Counted from the stretch's first letter, positions 42,783 to 53,121 are shown. The stretch: DNA of 64,000 nt from Candidatus Krumholzibacteriia bacterium (GCA_963836185.1 CAWIIQ010000002.1:224001-288000), one strand, 5' to 3'. A program made the numbers and translations. Notes: a model not told the origin generated them from the sequence alone.

Positions 42783-44480
42783 ATGAGAAAGACCATTCTT
42801 ACATCCATTATTCATCTATTCCATGTTCATCCGTCTCCTGCATCAGCGATTATCCTCACTGCGTTCATCGCAGTCCTGATGATGACAGCCGCTTTTTCTC
42901 CCGCTTCCGCATGTACAAACATGCTCGTGACGCGCGGAGCGTCCGCCGACGGCTCAGTCATGATCACATATACATGCGACGGCGAGTTCCACCCTCGCAT
43001 GACATACACGCTACCCGAGGATCACGAACCGGGTGATTCGCTCGAGCTGCGCGACTGGAGCGGGAACTTGCGCGGCAAGGTGGCTCAGCCTGCTCATACT
43101 TATGGCGTCGTCCATCTGATGAACGAGCACCAGCTTGTCATCAGCGAGACGACATTCACCGGGCGCGAGGAGCTGCAGAACCGCGAGGGGGTCCTTCATT
43201 ACTGGTGGCTGATGCGGATCGCGCTTCAGAGGGCGAAGACGGCGAGGGAAGCAGTCGAGATCATGGGCGCGCTCGTCGCTGAGTACGGATACGCCAGCAC
43301 TGGCGAGTCGATATCGATAGGCGACAAGGAGGAGGCCTGGCTCTTCGAGATCATCGGGAAGGGCCCGGGAAGAAAGGGCGCCGTGTGGGTAGCGATGCGT
43401 ATCCCCGACGGTTATATCTGCGCCCACGCGAACCAGGCGAGGATCCGCGAGTTTCCACTTGATGATAAGAAAAACTGTCTTTATGCCCCGGACGTAATAG
43501 ATTTCGCCGTCGAGATGGGCTACTACGATCCCGATTCAGGGAAGCCGTTCAGCTTCAGCGATGCCTACTGCCCCGCGCCGCCGCAGAAGCTCCGCTACTG
43601 CGCTACGCGCGTCTGGTCGATCTTTCGACGCGCCGCACCGTCGAAGGAGTTCTTGCCTGACTATCACAGGGGCGTAAAGGGCGCCGAGCCCTATCCGCTC
43701 TGGATCAAGCCCGACGAGAAGCTCACCCGCGAGGATGTCTTCTCCCTGATGCGCGACCATTACGAGGGCACCGAGTACGACATGTGCGAGGGTGTCGACG
43801 CAGGCCAGTTCTGCTCGCCGAACAGGTGGCGCCCGATGGACTGGGAGATAGACGGAGAGACGTACAGCTGGGAGCGCCCTATATCGACGCAGCAGACCGG
43901 GTTCTCGTTCGTCTCGCAGTCGAGGAAGGATATGCCCGACGCGGTGGGCGGCGTCTACTGGTACGGCCTCGACGATACCTACTTCAGCGTCTACGTCCCA
44001 TTCTACGCATGCACCGACCGGATCCCCGAGGTATTCGCCACGGGCCGCATGTCGGAGTTCTCGTGGGACTCGGGCTGGTGGGTCTTCAACTTCGTCGCCA
44101 ACTACGCGAACCTTCGCTACGAGCTGATGAAGGTCGATATCCAGGCGGTGCAGAAGGAGCTCGAGGACAACCTCACGGCGATGCAGCCGGCCGTCGAGAA
44201 AGCGGCGCTTGAGCTTTACAAGCAGGACCCGGAACTGGCCCGCACCTACCTGACCGATTACTCGGAGGCGACGGCGAACAGGGTCGTAGCGAGGTATACG
44301 CAGCTCGCCGAGGACCTGATCCGCAAGTATAACGACGGGTATGTCCAGCATGAGCCGGGCAGGGCAAAAGAGGAGGGGTACAGCGAGGAATGGCTGCGCA
44401 AGGTCCTCCGTCACCGTCCCGAGAAGTACAAGCTCCAGCGCTGGGAATCCGACTCGCTCGAGACAGATCTGCCTTACTGA
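42783..44480 (+). CDS. C69 family dipeptidase
   Basis: N-terminal nucleophile ACTNMLVTRGASADGS, MNEHQLVISETT, HANQARI, WERPIS. Confidence 0.9.
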   Translation: MRKTILTSIIHLFHVHPSPASAIILTAFIAVLMMTAAFSPASACTNMLVTRGASADGSVMITYTCDGEFHPRMTYTLPEDHEPGDSLELRDWSGNLRGKVAQPAHTYGVVHLMNEHQLVISETTFTGREELQNREGVLHYWWLMRIALQRAKTAREAVEIMGALVAEYGYASTGESISIGDKEEAWLFEIIGKGPGRKGAVWVAMRIPDGYICAHANQARIREFPLDDKKNCLYAPDVIDFAVEMGYYDPDSGKPFSFSDAYCPAPPQKLRYCATRVWSIFRRAAPSKEFLPDYHRGVKGAEPYPLWIKPDEKLTREDVFSLMRDHYEGTEYDMCEGVDAGQFCSPNRWRPMDWEIDGETYSWERPISTQQTGFSFVSQSRKDMPDAVGGVYWYGLDDTYFSVYVPFYACTDRIPEVFATGRMSEFSWDSGWWVFNFVANYANLRYELMKVDIQAVQKELEDNLTAMQPAVEKAALELYKQDPELARTYLTDYSEATANRVVARYTQLAEDLIRKYNDGYVQHEPGRAKEEGYSEEWLRKVLRHRPEKYKLQRWESDSLETDLPY

Positions 44481-44702
44481 TCGCCGGGCCCCGGCTATCA
44501 CTGCGCTGTATCCATCGAGATTCACATATCCTTCTCCTAATTCATTGCATCCACGGTATCGCCGTGATATAATGGCGCCACTCTAAACATCTGAGCATTA
44601 TGAGGAAGGGCGATTCAGCTTCATCGCGATCCGTGGAGCCGATTCCTCTTTGTGCAAATAAATCTGTTAACATCGAAAGCAGCACCTTCGAAAGGAGTGG
44701 CC

Positions 44703-47192
44703 ATGAACAGGTACATGAGGACTGTGTCATGTATGGTTCTTTGTTTTCTATTTATCGTCGTGCCTTCGATCTGGGCGTACTGGGACCAGAACGGCGCCCC
44801 TCTATGCACGGCAGTGGAAGACCAGGCGTGGCCAACGATGACCACGGATGGCGCAGGCGGGGCGATCGTCGCGTGGCATGACTACCGAAGCGGGGACTGG
44901 GACATCTATGCCCAGCGCGTAAATCCCTCAGGGACCTCTCAGTGGATGGCTGACGGCGTCGCTATCTGCACGGCATCGGGGATCCATACTAATCCCAGAA
45001 TCGTCTCCGATGGTGCAGGTGGCGCGATCGTCGCCTGGAGCGGCTCCCTGGCTATCTACGCGCAGCGAGTGGATGCCTCGGGTGTTGTCCAGTGGACGGT
45101 CGATGGCGTCCGCCTCTGCGAAAGTCCGGCGAGTGCCACCGACAAATTAAGTATCACCTCAGATGGCGCGGGTGGAGCGATCGTCGCATGGGTGGATACC
45201 CGCGTCGCCGCGTACCAGTATATCTACGCCCAGCGTGTGGATTCTACGGGTACAGTTCAGTGGACCGCGAGTGGCGTTCCTGTCTGTGAGGCATCAGCAA
45301 TCGGGATGAATGTATACGCGACCTCAATCACCTCCGACGGCGCGGGTGGGGCGATCGTCTCATGGGGTGACGTGCGCGACTATTTATCAAGAATCTATGC
45401 CCAACGGATTGATTCCTCGGGAGCGATTCAGTGGACGACTGACGGGATCGCCATCTGCACGATAACGGGTGTTCAAACTCTTCCAGTCGTCACCTCCGAT
45501 GGAAGCTCTGGGGCAATCGTAGCGTGGATTGACAGCCGCAACGGAAACGACGACATCTTCGCTCAACGGGTGAATGCCTCGGGAACCCTGCTTTGGACGG
45601 CGAATGGAGTTCCCCTCTGCGTTGACACGGAGGATCAAAATCATCTTGCTATAGATTCAGATGGAGCGGGTGGGGCTATCGCCACCTGGCGGGATGACCG
45701 CAACGGTAACGCCGATATCTATGCACAGCGTGTCTCTGTTTCGGGAACGGTCCTATGGACAGCAGATGGGGTCGGCGTCTGTATGGCTATCGGCAGTCAA
45801 TTCAGGCCAACCGTTACCTCCGACGGCGCTGGTGGATCGATCGTCACGTGGGAGGACCTGCGTAGTGGTGTTCGTGACATCTATGCCCGGCGAGTGGATT
45901 CATCGGGGGCCGCCCAGTGGACGATTGATGGCGTCGCTCTCTGCACTGCTATGGGAGAACAATACAATCCTAAGATCACTTTCGATGGCGCTGGTGGGGC
46001 GATCGTCACATGGAGTGACTATCGCAGCACGGGGGGAGATATCTATGCCCAGCGTGTAGACAACCTGGGGCGGGTAGGTTATTTCGCTTCCGACATACTC
46101 TCTGTTCAGGATGTGCCGGGCGACCAGGGTGGCCTTGTGAGAATCATTGTCGCACGATCAGAACTTGATGATGTGCTCGAATCTGAGGCCCCGGTCGCTA
46201 CATACAATGTCTGGCAGCGGATCGACGATCCGGCCCTGTTAACGGCGATCGACCTGCCGGATGACGGCGGAGTGACAGGAGTGCAGGCACTCGAAGAGCC
46301 GCTGACGCGTTCATTGGATATATCGAGCGTTTCGAGCTGGCCGATCAGGAAAACAGGTGGCCGGTGCTTTGTGAGCTCGAGTGATGTGCTCGCGACGGCT
46401 GAGTTTCCTTCAGGCACCTGGGAGCTCCTCGGAAGCTTCGCTGCATGCCAGCAGGACGAGTATATCTATCGTGCAGGCACCCTCGCCGATTCCACTGCAA
46501 GCGGTATCCCCTATGCGGTCTACCTCATAAGCGCTCATACTGTCGTACCCTCTCTGTGGGCATTGAGCGAGCCTGACAGTGGATATTCCGTTGATAATCT
46601 TCCCCCGGATATCCCGGAGAGCCTCACGGCCGAGCAGAGCTTCGCGCCTGAGGGTCTTGCGCTCAGCTGGGATGTGAATGCGGAGAACGATCTCTCGCAT
46701 TACGCGGTCTATCGTGGAGCGAGCGATGACTTCGTGCCGGTGTCCGGGAACAGGATCGCCGCAGGGATCGAGCCGGAACACTTCGATGATGAGTGGCGCT
46801 GGGACAGCGATTACTGCTACAAGGTCTCGGCAATCGATGTGCATGGGAACGAGAGTGGCTTTGCGCTTCTTCTTCCCGGGGATGTCACAGGGGACGAGCC
46901 GCCGAAGATGCCGGGCGCGAGCTATCTCGCGCAGAACTATCCGAATCCGTTCAATCCGATAACGAGGATCGAGTTCGGGCTCGACAACGCTGAGAATGTA
47001 TCCCTTCGGATCTACGATCCCGCCGGGCGTCTCGTGCGGATCCTCGCCGGGGAGCGTCGTCCTGCTGGACACTACGCGGAGGTATGGGACGGAAAAGACG
47101 GAAGTGGTCGACCGGTGTCGAGCGGAGTATACTTCTACAATCTCAAGACTGGTTCATTCACCGAGACAAGGAAGATGATTTTACTGCGGTAG
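44703..47192 (+). CDS. Secreted 8-repeat beta-propeller protein with FnIII and FlgD/T9SS-like CTD
   Basis: Eight repeats of SDGAGGAIVxWxDxR..DIYAQRVxxxG..W; YKVSAIDVHGNES; LAQNYPNPFNP...RKMILLR. Confidence 0.85.
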   Translation: MNRYMRTVSCMVLCFLFIVVPSIWAYWDQNGAPLCTAVEDQAWPTMTTDGAGGAIVAWHDYRSGDWDIYAQRVNPSGTSQWMADGVAICTASGIHTNPRIVSDGAGGAIVAWSGSLAIYAQRVDASGVVQWTVDGVRLCESPASATDKLSITSDGAGGAIVAWVDTRVAAYQYIYAQRVDSTGTVQWTASGVPVCEASAIGMNVYATSITSDGAGGAIVSWGDVRDYLSRIYAQRIDSSGAIQWTTDGIAICTITGVQTLPVVTSDGSSGAIVAWIDSRNGNDDIFAQRVNASGTLLWTANGVPLCVDTEDQNHLAIDSDGAGGAIATWRDDRNGNADIYAQRVSVSGTVLWTADGVGVCMAIGSQFRPTVTSDGAGGSIVTWEDLRSGVRDIYARRVDSSGAAQWTIDGVALCTAMGEQYNPKITFDGAGGAIVTWSDYRSTGGDIYAQRVDNLGRVGYFASDILSVQDVPGDQGGLVRIIVARSELDDVLESEAPVATYNVWQRIDDPALLTAIDLPDDGGVTGVQALEEPLTRSLDISSVSSWPIRKTGGRCFVSSSDVLATAEFPSGTWELLGSFAACQQDEYIYRAGTLADSTASGIPYAVYLISAHTVVPSLWALSEPDSGYSVDNLPPDIPESLTAEQSFAPEGLALSWDVNAENDLSHYAVYRGASDDFVPVSGNRIAAGIEPEHFDDEWRWDSDYCYKVSAIDVHGNESGFALLLPGDVTGDEPPKMPGASYLAQNYPNPFNPITRIEFGLDNAENVSLRIYDPAGRLVRILAGERRPAGHYAEVWDGKDGSGRPVSSGVYFYNLKTGSFTETRKMILLR

Positions 47193-47228
47193 AACGTCTC
47201 TCTTTTGAGTAAAAAGTAATTATGGGTG

Positions 47229-47266
47229 ACCCGGCCCTGGAGTGATCCGAGACTTCAGGGCCGGGT
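47229..47266 (+). terminator. GC-rich hairpin after the propeller gene
   Basis: ACCCGGCCCTG / CAGGGCCGGGT stem; no clear U-tract. Confidence 0.45.
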
Positions 47267-47275
47267 GGATGAAAT

Positions 47276-47517
47276 TCCACCGCCACCGGTGAAAGTGGTT
47301 TGACTACATATATTGATACAATTCTGCTCGCGGCATTTATGACTTCACTCCCGGCGCCGGGAGTGTCATGAATTTTATTTCGTCAATCCGCAGGATATTG
47401 AATGTTCACGAAAATATCGGATGATTCTCCACCGCCACCGGTGAAAGTGGTTTGACTACATATAATGATACAGTTCTGCTCGCGGCATTTGTGACTTCAC
47501 TCCCGGCGCCGGGAGTG
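47276..47517. repeat. 90-bp direct repeat (2 copies)
   Basis: 47276-47365 and 47428-47517, 3 mismatches, each ending in CACTCCCGGCGCCGGGAGTG. Confidence 0.95.
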
Positions 47518-47648
47518 AAGTACCGGGAGTGAAGTACCGGGAGTGAAGTGCCGGGAGTGAAGTACCGGAAGTGAAGTGCCGGGAGTGAAATCACAGGATT
47601 GAGGTACCAGGCGTAAAGTGACTAGAGTGAGGTAATGAAAGTGAGGTC
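47509..47648. repeat. 14-bp tandem repeat CCGGGAGTGAAGTR (6 good plus about 4 degenerate units)
   Basis: Read directly; the first unit is the right arm of a perfect 28-bp palindrome at 47494-47521. Confidence 0.92.
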
Positions 47649-47765
47649 ACGCCACGGATTCCTGACTGGATAAATTATCAGGCGCTGGTGTATCAGTCTT
47701 ATGATGGCAGACGCGCTTATGATGACAGACGTGTATCGGTGGATCGATAGCGAAGGGGAATAAAG

Positions 47766-48401
47766 ATGAAGGTCTATATCGTGTACGCCCACCCGAGCAG
47801 GGAATCATTTACCTGGCAGGTCCTGCAGTCGTTTACCGGGGGGCTCGAGGAAGCAGATCACGAGTACGAGGTCGGTGACCTCTACGAGATGGGATTCAGG
47901 GCTGATATGGACCTGGAGCAATACAAAAGGGAGACCGGCGGCGACCCGGATGCCCCAGTTCCCGACGACGTGAGGGCCGAACAGGAGAAGCTCGGACGGG
48001 CCGACACTCTTGCCCTAATTTTTCCGCTGTGGTGGAGCGACTGCCCCTCGAAGCTGAAGGGCTGGTTCGACCGCGTATTCACATATGGTTTTGCTTATGT
48101 CTACAGTGATACGGACGGAGCAGATCCGGGCGCGAATGATTCAGACGGGAAAGTGACCCACATAACCTCGAAGCTGGATCTGGCGAAGGCGATCGTCATA
48201 TGTCCCGCCGGTCATCCTGTCGAACACCTTGAAGAGACCGGTATCGCCGAAAGCATGCGGAGGATAATGATAGAGGACAGGCTGCTCGGCGTGGGGGTAA
48301 AAGAGGCGAGCCTGGAGATTCTCGGCGGCCAGGCGCTCGGTGATGACAGCCTCAGGGAGAGAAATCTCGAGAGAGCGTTTGAGCTGGGGAAGGATCTATA
48401 G
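47766..48401 (+). CDS. NAD(P)H-dependent oxidoreductase (flavodoxin-like fold, KefF/MdaB type)
   Basis: VYAHPSRESFT, DLYEMGF, FPLWWSDCPSKLKGWFDRV. Confidence 0.9.
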   Translation: MKVYIVYAHPSRESFTWQVLQSFTGGLEEADHEYEVGDLYEMGFRADMDLEQYKRETGGDPDAPVPDDVRAEQEKLGRADTLALIFPLWWSDCPSKLKGWFDRVFTYGFAYVYSDTDGADPGANDSDGKVTHITSKLDLAKAIVICPAGHPVEHLEETGIAESMRRIMIEDRLLGVGVKEASLEILGGQALGDDSLRERNLERAFELGKDL

Positions 48402-48413
48402 CTGAAAAGTAAT

Positions 48414-48453
48414 AAAAACGGGGGAAGCAGACCGATGAATCGCTTCCCCCTTC
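48414..48453. terminator. Bidirectional terminator
   Basis: AAAAAC-GGGGGAAGC...GCTTCCCCC-TTCT. Confidence 0.7.
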
Positions 48454-48757
48454 TATTTGTGGCCCGGACGAGTGGGCCCTATCGGAGTTGGGGTCTCTGT
48501 ATTTTCTTCTGTGGCGACGCGGAACGTCCGGATTCGCCTTGTGCGCAGGGCCATCTATATCTATCCATGAGGCGCTTCGCAGTGGCCGTGCCGGTGAAGC
48601 AGGCGAGCGTCACCCCTGGATAAACGAGCTCCGTCGCCCGCGTCGCCGAATCAATATCCAGCCTTATCAGTTGTCTTTCGGTTTATCGAGTCCGTTGTTT
48701 TAGATATTGGTCAGGCCGTCTTCGAGTCGATCCGAAATCCGGCTCATTTATATTCCG
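48414..48757 (-). ncRNA. Candidate sigma54-dependent structured small RNA (about 340 nt)
   Basis: Bounded by a sigma54 box and a terminator; long irregular hairpin closed by a perfect 10-bp stem 48513-48522/48638-48647; no convincing long ORF. Confidence 0.45.
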
Positions 48758-48768
48758 GTCATATGCAC

Positions 48769-48784
48769 AGCAAGGCGCATACCA
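48769..48784 (-). promoter_or_regulatory. Sigma54-like promoter
   Basis: Minus strand TGGTATGCGCCTTGCT (GG-N10-GC with TTGCT). Confidence 0.55.
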
Positions 48785-48984
48785 CCGCAAATTGTTGTAT
48801 GGCAGCATGTTGCCTGTATGTCCGGGGTCGTTCCCTCTCCTGCGTCAACGTTCCTCGAGAGGTGCGATTTTCCTGCCTGCCCGCGGCCGCTGGTGGGCGT
48901 ATCGAGGCGGCTTGACGGGCCTCCAGCAGCGCGAAGATACGGCGATATTGGACGCGGCCGTTCATTCTGCTATATTCCCGCTGT

Positions 48985-49716
48985 ATGAGAAACTTCAAAC
49001 TGACCATAGAATACGACGGTTCCGGGTTTTCCGGCTGGCAGGTGCAGCCGGGCCAGAGGACGGTCCAGGGTAAACTCTACGATGCGCTCGGCGAGATCGC
49101 CCAGGGAGATCTCAGGGTCATAGGCGCCGGCAGGACAGATACCGGCGTTCATGCCGCGGGCCAGGTAGCCAACGCCACCCTCGAGACCGGGATGACCACC
49201 GAAGTGATGCTGAAGGCCCTTCGCGGGAAGCTCCCGCGCGACATCGTAGTCCGCTCGGTCGAAGAGGTCCCGCTGTCGTTCAGTGCGAGGTACGACGCGC
49301 GCAGCAGGCGGTATCATTATATATTTATCGACCGTCCCACAGCCCTCTGGAGAAGGTATTATCACGAGGTCCCGAAGGGATTCAGCCCGGAGGGGATGGA
49401 TGCGATGAACGACCAGCTCAGAGCCATCCGCGGGGAGCACGATTTTGCGCCATTCGCCGCGTCCGGTTCGAACGTAAAGACCACTGTCTGCAACATAATA
49501 AGGGCCGAGATCCTCGTGAACAGTCCGCTCGTCACTCTATCGGTCACCGCCGACAGGTTCCTCTACAACATGATGCGTTCCATAGCAGGTTCGATTCTCC
49601 GGGCCGGTACGGTCGGAGATGTCTCTATAGCCGATATACTTGCCTCCGGGGACCGGTCCGCGGCGGGCCCGACCCTTCCCCCCGGAGCTCTCTACCTGAT
49701 GGAGATAAAGTACTGA
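48985..49716 (+). CDS. truA: tRNA pseudouridine(38-40) synthase
   Basis: IEYDGSGFSGWQ, GAGRTDTGVHA, FSARYDA, FLYNMMR. Confidence 0.96.
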   Translation: MRNFKLTIEYDGSGFSGWQVQPGQRTVQGKLYDALGEIAQGDLRVIGAGRTDTGVHAAGQVANATLETGMTTEVMLKALRGKLPRDIVVRSVEEVPLSFSARYDARSRRYHYIFIDRPTALWRRYYHEVPKGFSPEGMDAMNDQLRAIRGEHDFAPFAASGSNVKTTVCNIIRAEILVNSPLVTLSVTADRFLYNMMRSIAGSILRAGTVGDVSIADILASGDRSAAGPTLPPGALYLMEIKY

Positions 49717-49893
49717 TTCTGGAGCATTTCGGTCCCGGGATCAGGCGTCAGCCCGAAACTATTTGTCAGTTCAGGCCTATATTTGTATAATACACGTTTC
49801 CTTACCGGATTTGACGAGCCTGACGGATGGAGACGCCGGCAGGAACGTTGCCGGAACCCGGAACAATCGAAAACACACAGCCAGGGAGGCGAA

Positions 49894-50544
49894 ATGAAAT
49901 TCTTTATCGACACAGCCAATGTCGACGAGATCAGGGAAGCCGCGGCGCTCGGTCTGCTGGACGGCGTGACGACCAATCCATCCCTTTTAGCCAGGGAAGC
50001 GGACAAGGGAACAGCCACAGATACGTTAAAAGAGATCTGCTCGATCGTGCCGGGCCCGGTCAGCGCCGAGGTCGTTTCGCTCGACGCCGAGGGCATGTTC
50101 AAAGAGGGCAAGGAACTCTGCAAGATCGCCGACAACATCATCATCAAGGTGCCCTGCACTATGGAGGGAATCAAGGCGATCGGCATGTTCAGCGCCGAAG
50201 GGATCCAGACCAACGCGACGCTCTGTTTTTCGGCAAACCAGGCGCTTCTCGTGGCCAAGGCAGGCGCGACATACGTGAGCCCGTTTGTCGGAAGGCTCGA
50301 CGACATCGGACAGAGAGGGATGGACCTGATCGCCGACATCGTCGAGATCTACGAGAACTACTCATTCGCGACGCAGGTCATCGTGGCCAGCATCAGAAGC
50401 GTACAGCACGTCTACGAGTCGGCTCTGCTCGGCGCCGACGTATCGACTATCCCGTTCAATGTGATCGGACAGCTGGTAAAGCATCCGCTCACCGACATCG
50501 GGATCGAGAAGTTCCTCGCCGACTGGGAGAAAGTGAAAAAGTAG
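49894..50544 (+). CDS. Transaldolase / fructose-6-phosphate aldolase family
   Basis: [40 protein letters not shown]; GGAGG RBS before ATG 49894. Confidence 0.93.
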   Translation: MKFFIDTANVDEIREAAALGLLDGVTTNPSLLAREADKGTATDTLKEICSIVPGPVSAEVVSLDAEGMFKEGKELCKIADNIIIKVPCTMEGIKAIGMFSAEGIQTNATLCFSANQALLVAKAGATYVSPFVGRLDDIGQRGMDLIADIVEIYENYSFATQVIVASIRSVQHVYESALLGADVSTIPFNVIGQLVKHPLTDIGIEKFLADWEKVKK

Positions 50545-50562
50545 CGAAGCAGGTGATCTGAT

Positions 50563-51759
50563 ATGAAAGAGTTCCAGTCGAAATGGTCCAGGGCGATCCC
50601 GTGGATAATAGGGATCATGTTCGGCCTCTCGCTCGCGATGACGGTGGTCAATGTCGTCATGCTCAAGCGAGCGGGGATCGGCCAGGCGTTCTATCCCCAG
50701 TCATCGGGGAATATCGTCCTGGGCGGACCGGGACTCTTCAGCGGAGACGCCATGGTCGCTGCCCGAGGACGTATCGGGCCAGCCGTTGTCTCGATCACGA
50801 CGCTGCGAACGAGGATCGTCTCGACCAGAGCGAGAAACCAGTACGAGTGGTGGCAGATAATGGCCGGCAGGATCTCCGCCTACCAGAAAAAGAAGTTCCC
50901 GATCTACGGTTCGGGGCTGCTCGTCAATCCCGATGGATATATAGTGACGAACGAGCATGTCGTACGCGGCGCCGAGGAGATATTCGTGACGATGATCGAC
51001 TCGACTGAGGTGCCGGCGATCCTTGTGGGCACTGCCGCCGAGTTCGACCTCGCGCTGCTCAAGATCGAAGGGTCCTCGCTCCCGTACGCTCCGATCGGAA
51101 ACTCGGACGATCTCGATATCGGCGAGCCGGTGATCGCAATCGGATCGCCCTTTACCTATCTGTTCAATGACAACCAGACTACCGTCACCGCCGGTGTGAT
51201 CAGCGCACTTCACCGTGATGTGAAGGAAACTGGCGACGGGGTACAGATATTCAAGAACATGATCCAGACCGATGCCGTGATCAACCCGGGCAACAGCGGC
51301 GGACCGCTCGTCTCGATGAGGGGAGAGGTCGTAGGCATCAGCACGTTCGTCTTCTCAACAGCCGGCGGGAGCAGCAATATCGGGATGGGATTCGCGATAC
51401 CGAGCAATACGGTGAAGATGGTCATCGACGAGATACGCCAGTACGGGCACTTCCGCAATGTATGGACCGGCCTGGTCGTTTCCGAGCTGACACCCGAGGT
51501 AATCGAACAGTTCAGCATCCCGTTCAGAACGGGCCTCGTTGTCGTAGCGCTCGAAGAAGGCGGCCCGGCGGAGAAGGCCGGCATCCAGGTCGGCGACGTG
51601 ATAGTCGATATGGACGGTGTCTCGATCCAGAATTCCGCGCAGGCCGGCAGGGTGATATTCGGCAAACAGGTCGGTGACGATCTGGACATCGTGGTCTGGC
51701 GCAACGGCAGCACGAGAACGATAGAACTGAGGCTCGTCGAGGCAGAGGAAGAGGCATAG
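50563..51759 (+). CDS. HtrA/DegP-family serine protease with one PDZ domain
   Basis: N-terminal TM, TNEHVV, DLALLK, IQTDAVINPGNSGGPL, PDZ. Confidence 0.93.
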   Translation: MKEFQSKWSRAIPWIIGIMFGLSLAMTVVNVVMLKRAGIGQAFYPQSSGNIVLGGPGLFSGDAMVAARGRIGPAVVSITTLRTRIVSTRARNQYEWWQIMAGRISAYQKKKFPIYGSGLLVNPDGYIVTNEHVVRGAEEIFVTMIDSTEVPAILVGTAAEFDLALLKIEGSSLPYAPIGNSDDLDIGEPVIAIGSPFTYLFNDNQTTVTAGVISALHRDVKETGDGVQIFKNMIQTDAVINPGNSGGPLVSMRGEVVGISTFVFSTAGGSSNIGMGFAIPSNTVKMVIDEIRQYGHFRNVWTGLVVSELTPEVIEQFSIPFRTGLVVVALEEGGPAEKAGIQVGDVIVDMDGVSIQNSAQAGRVIFGKQVGDDLDIVVWRNGSTRTIELRLVEAEEEA

Positions 51760-51798
51760 GGCGAGAATTATAATAATGTCCGATAAGGGAGGTACCCA

Positions 51799-53115
51799 TT
51801 GATCCCACGCTATTCGCTTCCCGAGATCGCGGAAATATGGACAGATGAAAACAAGTACGATCTCTGGAAGGAGATCGAGGTCCTCTACTGCGAGGGCCTT
51901 GCCGAGTACGGCCACATACCGAAAAAAGCGGCCCGCGATATCAGAAAGAACGCGGACTACGACATCAAGCGGGTCCTGCGCATAGAAAAGAAGACCCGGC
52001 ACGACGTCATCGCCTTCCTGACAAACATGTCGGAGTACATCGGCGAGCCGGGCAGGTACCTGCACATGGGGATGACGAGCTCCGACCTTCTCGACACGAC
52101 ACTGGCCTGCCAGATGCGCGACGCCGGCATGATCATCCTCGGCAAGCTCAGGAAGCTGCGCACCGTCCTGAAGCGGCAGGCGCTGCGGTATAAAAACGTA
52201 CCGATGGTCGGGCGCTCGCACGGCATCCATGCCGAGCCGATCACGATGGGACTGAAGCTTCTCGTCTGGTACTCTGAGATCGATCGTGACATAGCGCGTC
52301 TCGCCCGGGCGATCGAGGATATCTCGGTCGGCCAGATGACGGGAACTGTCGGCACGATGTCTCACACCGACTATCGGGTCGAGCGTTTCGTGATGAAGAA
52401 GCTCGGCCTGAAAGCGGCGCCGGTCACTACACAGATCATCCAGCGCGACCGCCACGCCCATTACATGTCGACGATCGCCCTGATCGGAGCATCCCTCGAG
52501 AATATGGCCACCGAGATCCGCGCCCTGCAGCGCACCGATATCGCAGAGGCGATGGAGCCGTTCACGAAGGGCCAGAAGGGCTCGAGCGCAATGCCGCACA
52601 AACGCAACCCTATCCTCACCGAGAGGATAGCCGGGATGGCAAGGCTCCTTCGCGGAAACGCGCAGGCGGCCCTGGAGAATGTCACCCTCTGGCACGAGCG
52701 CGACATAAGCCACTCCTCGGTCGAGAGGGTCATCATACCCGACTCGACGATGATACTCGGATATATGCTCGAGAAGTTCACCTGGGTCGTTTCGGGGCTG
52801 CGCATCAACAAAAAGAAGATGCGCGAGAACCTCGAATCCACCGGCGGACTTATATTTTCCCATCCTCTGCTGCTCCTGCTCGTGGGAAAGGGCCTCGCCC
52901 GTGAGGACGCCTACGTGATCATCCAGGCTGCCGCGATGGAGAGCATGGAAGGGAAGAAGAGCTTCCGTGAGTGTCTCGCCGAGGATAAGAGATTTACAGG
53001 TATCGTCTCCGAAGAAGAGCTCGCGGAGGCGTTCGATCTTAAAAGCCATCTGAAGAATGTCGATTTTATATTCAGCAGGGTCCTGTCGAAAAGGGACAGG
53101 CCCGGGAAAGGATAG
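51799..53115 (+). CDS. purB: Adenylosuccinate lyase
   Basis: MIPRYS, RHDVIAF, GRSHGIHAEP, GSSAMPHKRNP, WHERDISHSSVER. Confidence 0.97.
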   Translation: MIPRYSLPEIAEIWTDENKYDLWKEIEVLYCEGLAEYGHIPKKAARDIRKNADYDIKRVLRIEKKTRHDVIAFLTNMSEYIGEPGRYLHMGMTSSDLLDTTLACQMRDAGMIILGKLRKLRTVLKRQALRYKNVPMVGRSHGIHAEPITMGLKLLVWYSEIDRDIARLARAIEDISVGQMTGTVGTMSHTDYRVERFVMKKLGLKAAPVTTQIIQRDRHAHYMSTIALIGASLENMATEIRALQRTDIAEAMEPFTKGQKGSSAMPHKRNPILTERIAGMARLLRGNAQAALENVTLWHERDISHSSVERVIIPDSTMILGYMLEKFTWVVSGLRINKKKMRENLESTGGLIFSHPLLLLLVGKGLAREDAYVIIQAAAMESMEGKKSFRECLAEDKRFTGIVSEEELAEAFDLKSHLKNVDFIFSRVLSKRDRPGKG

Positions 53116-53121
53116 GCCGAT

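Noticed and set aside
44703-46080. Diversity-generating retroelement repeats
   Set aside because: The repeats are protein-level propeller blades, with no reverse transcriptase and no adenine-specific TR/VR pair.
47509-47648. CRISPR array
   Set aside because: The units are 14 bp and contiguous, with no unique spacers and no cas genes in the window.
48414-48757. CsrB/RsmZ-type or cobalamin riboswitch identity for the candidate RNA
   Set aside because: About 8 GGA motifs is near chance for this length, and only a GCCACTG fragment resembles the B12 box; neither is enough to name it.
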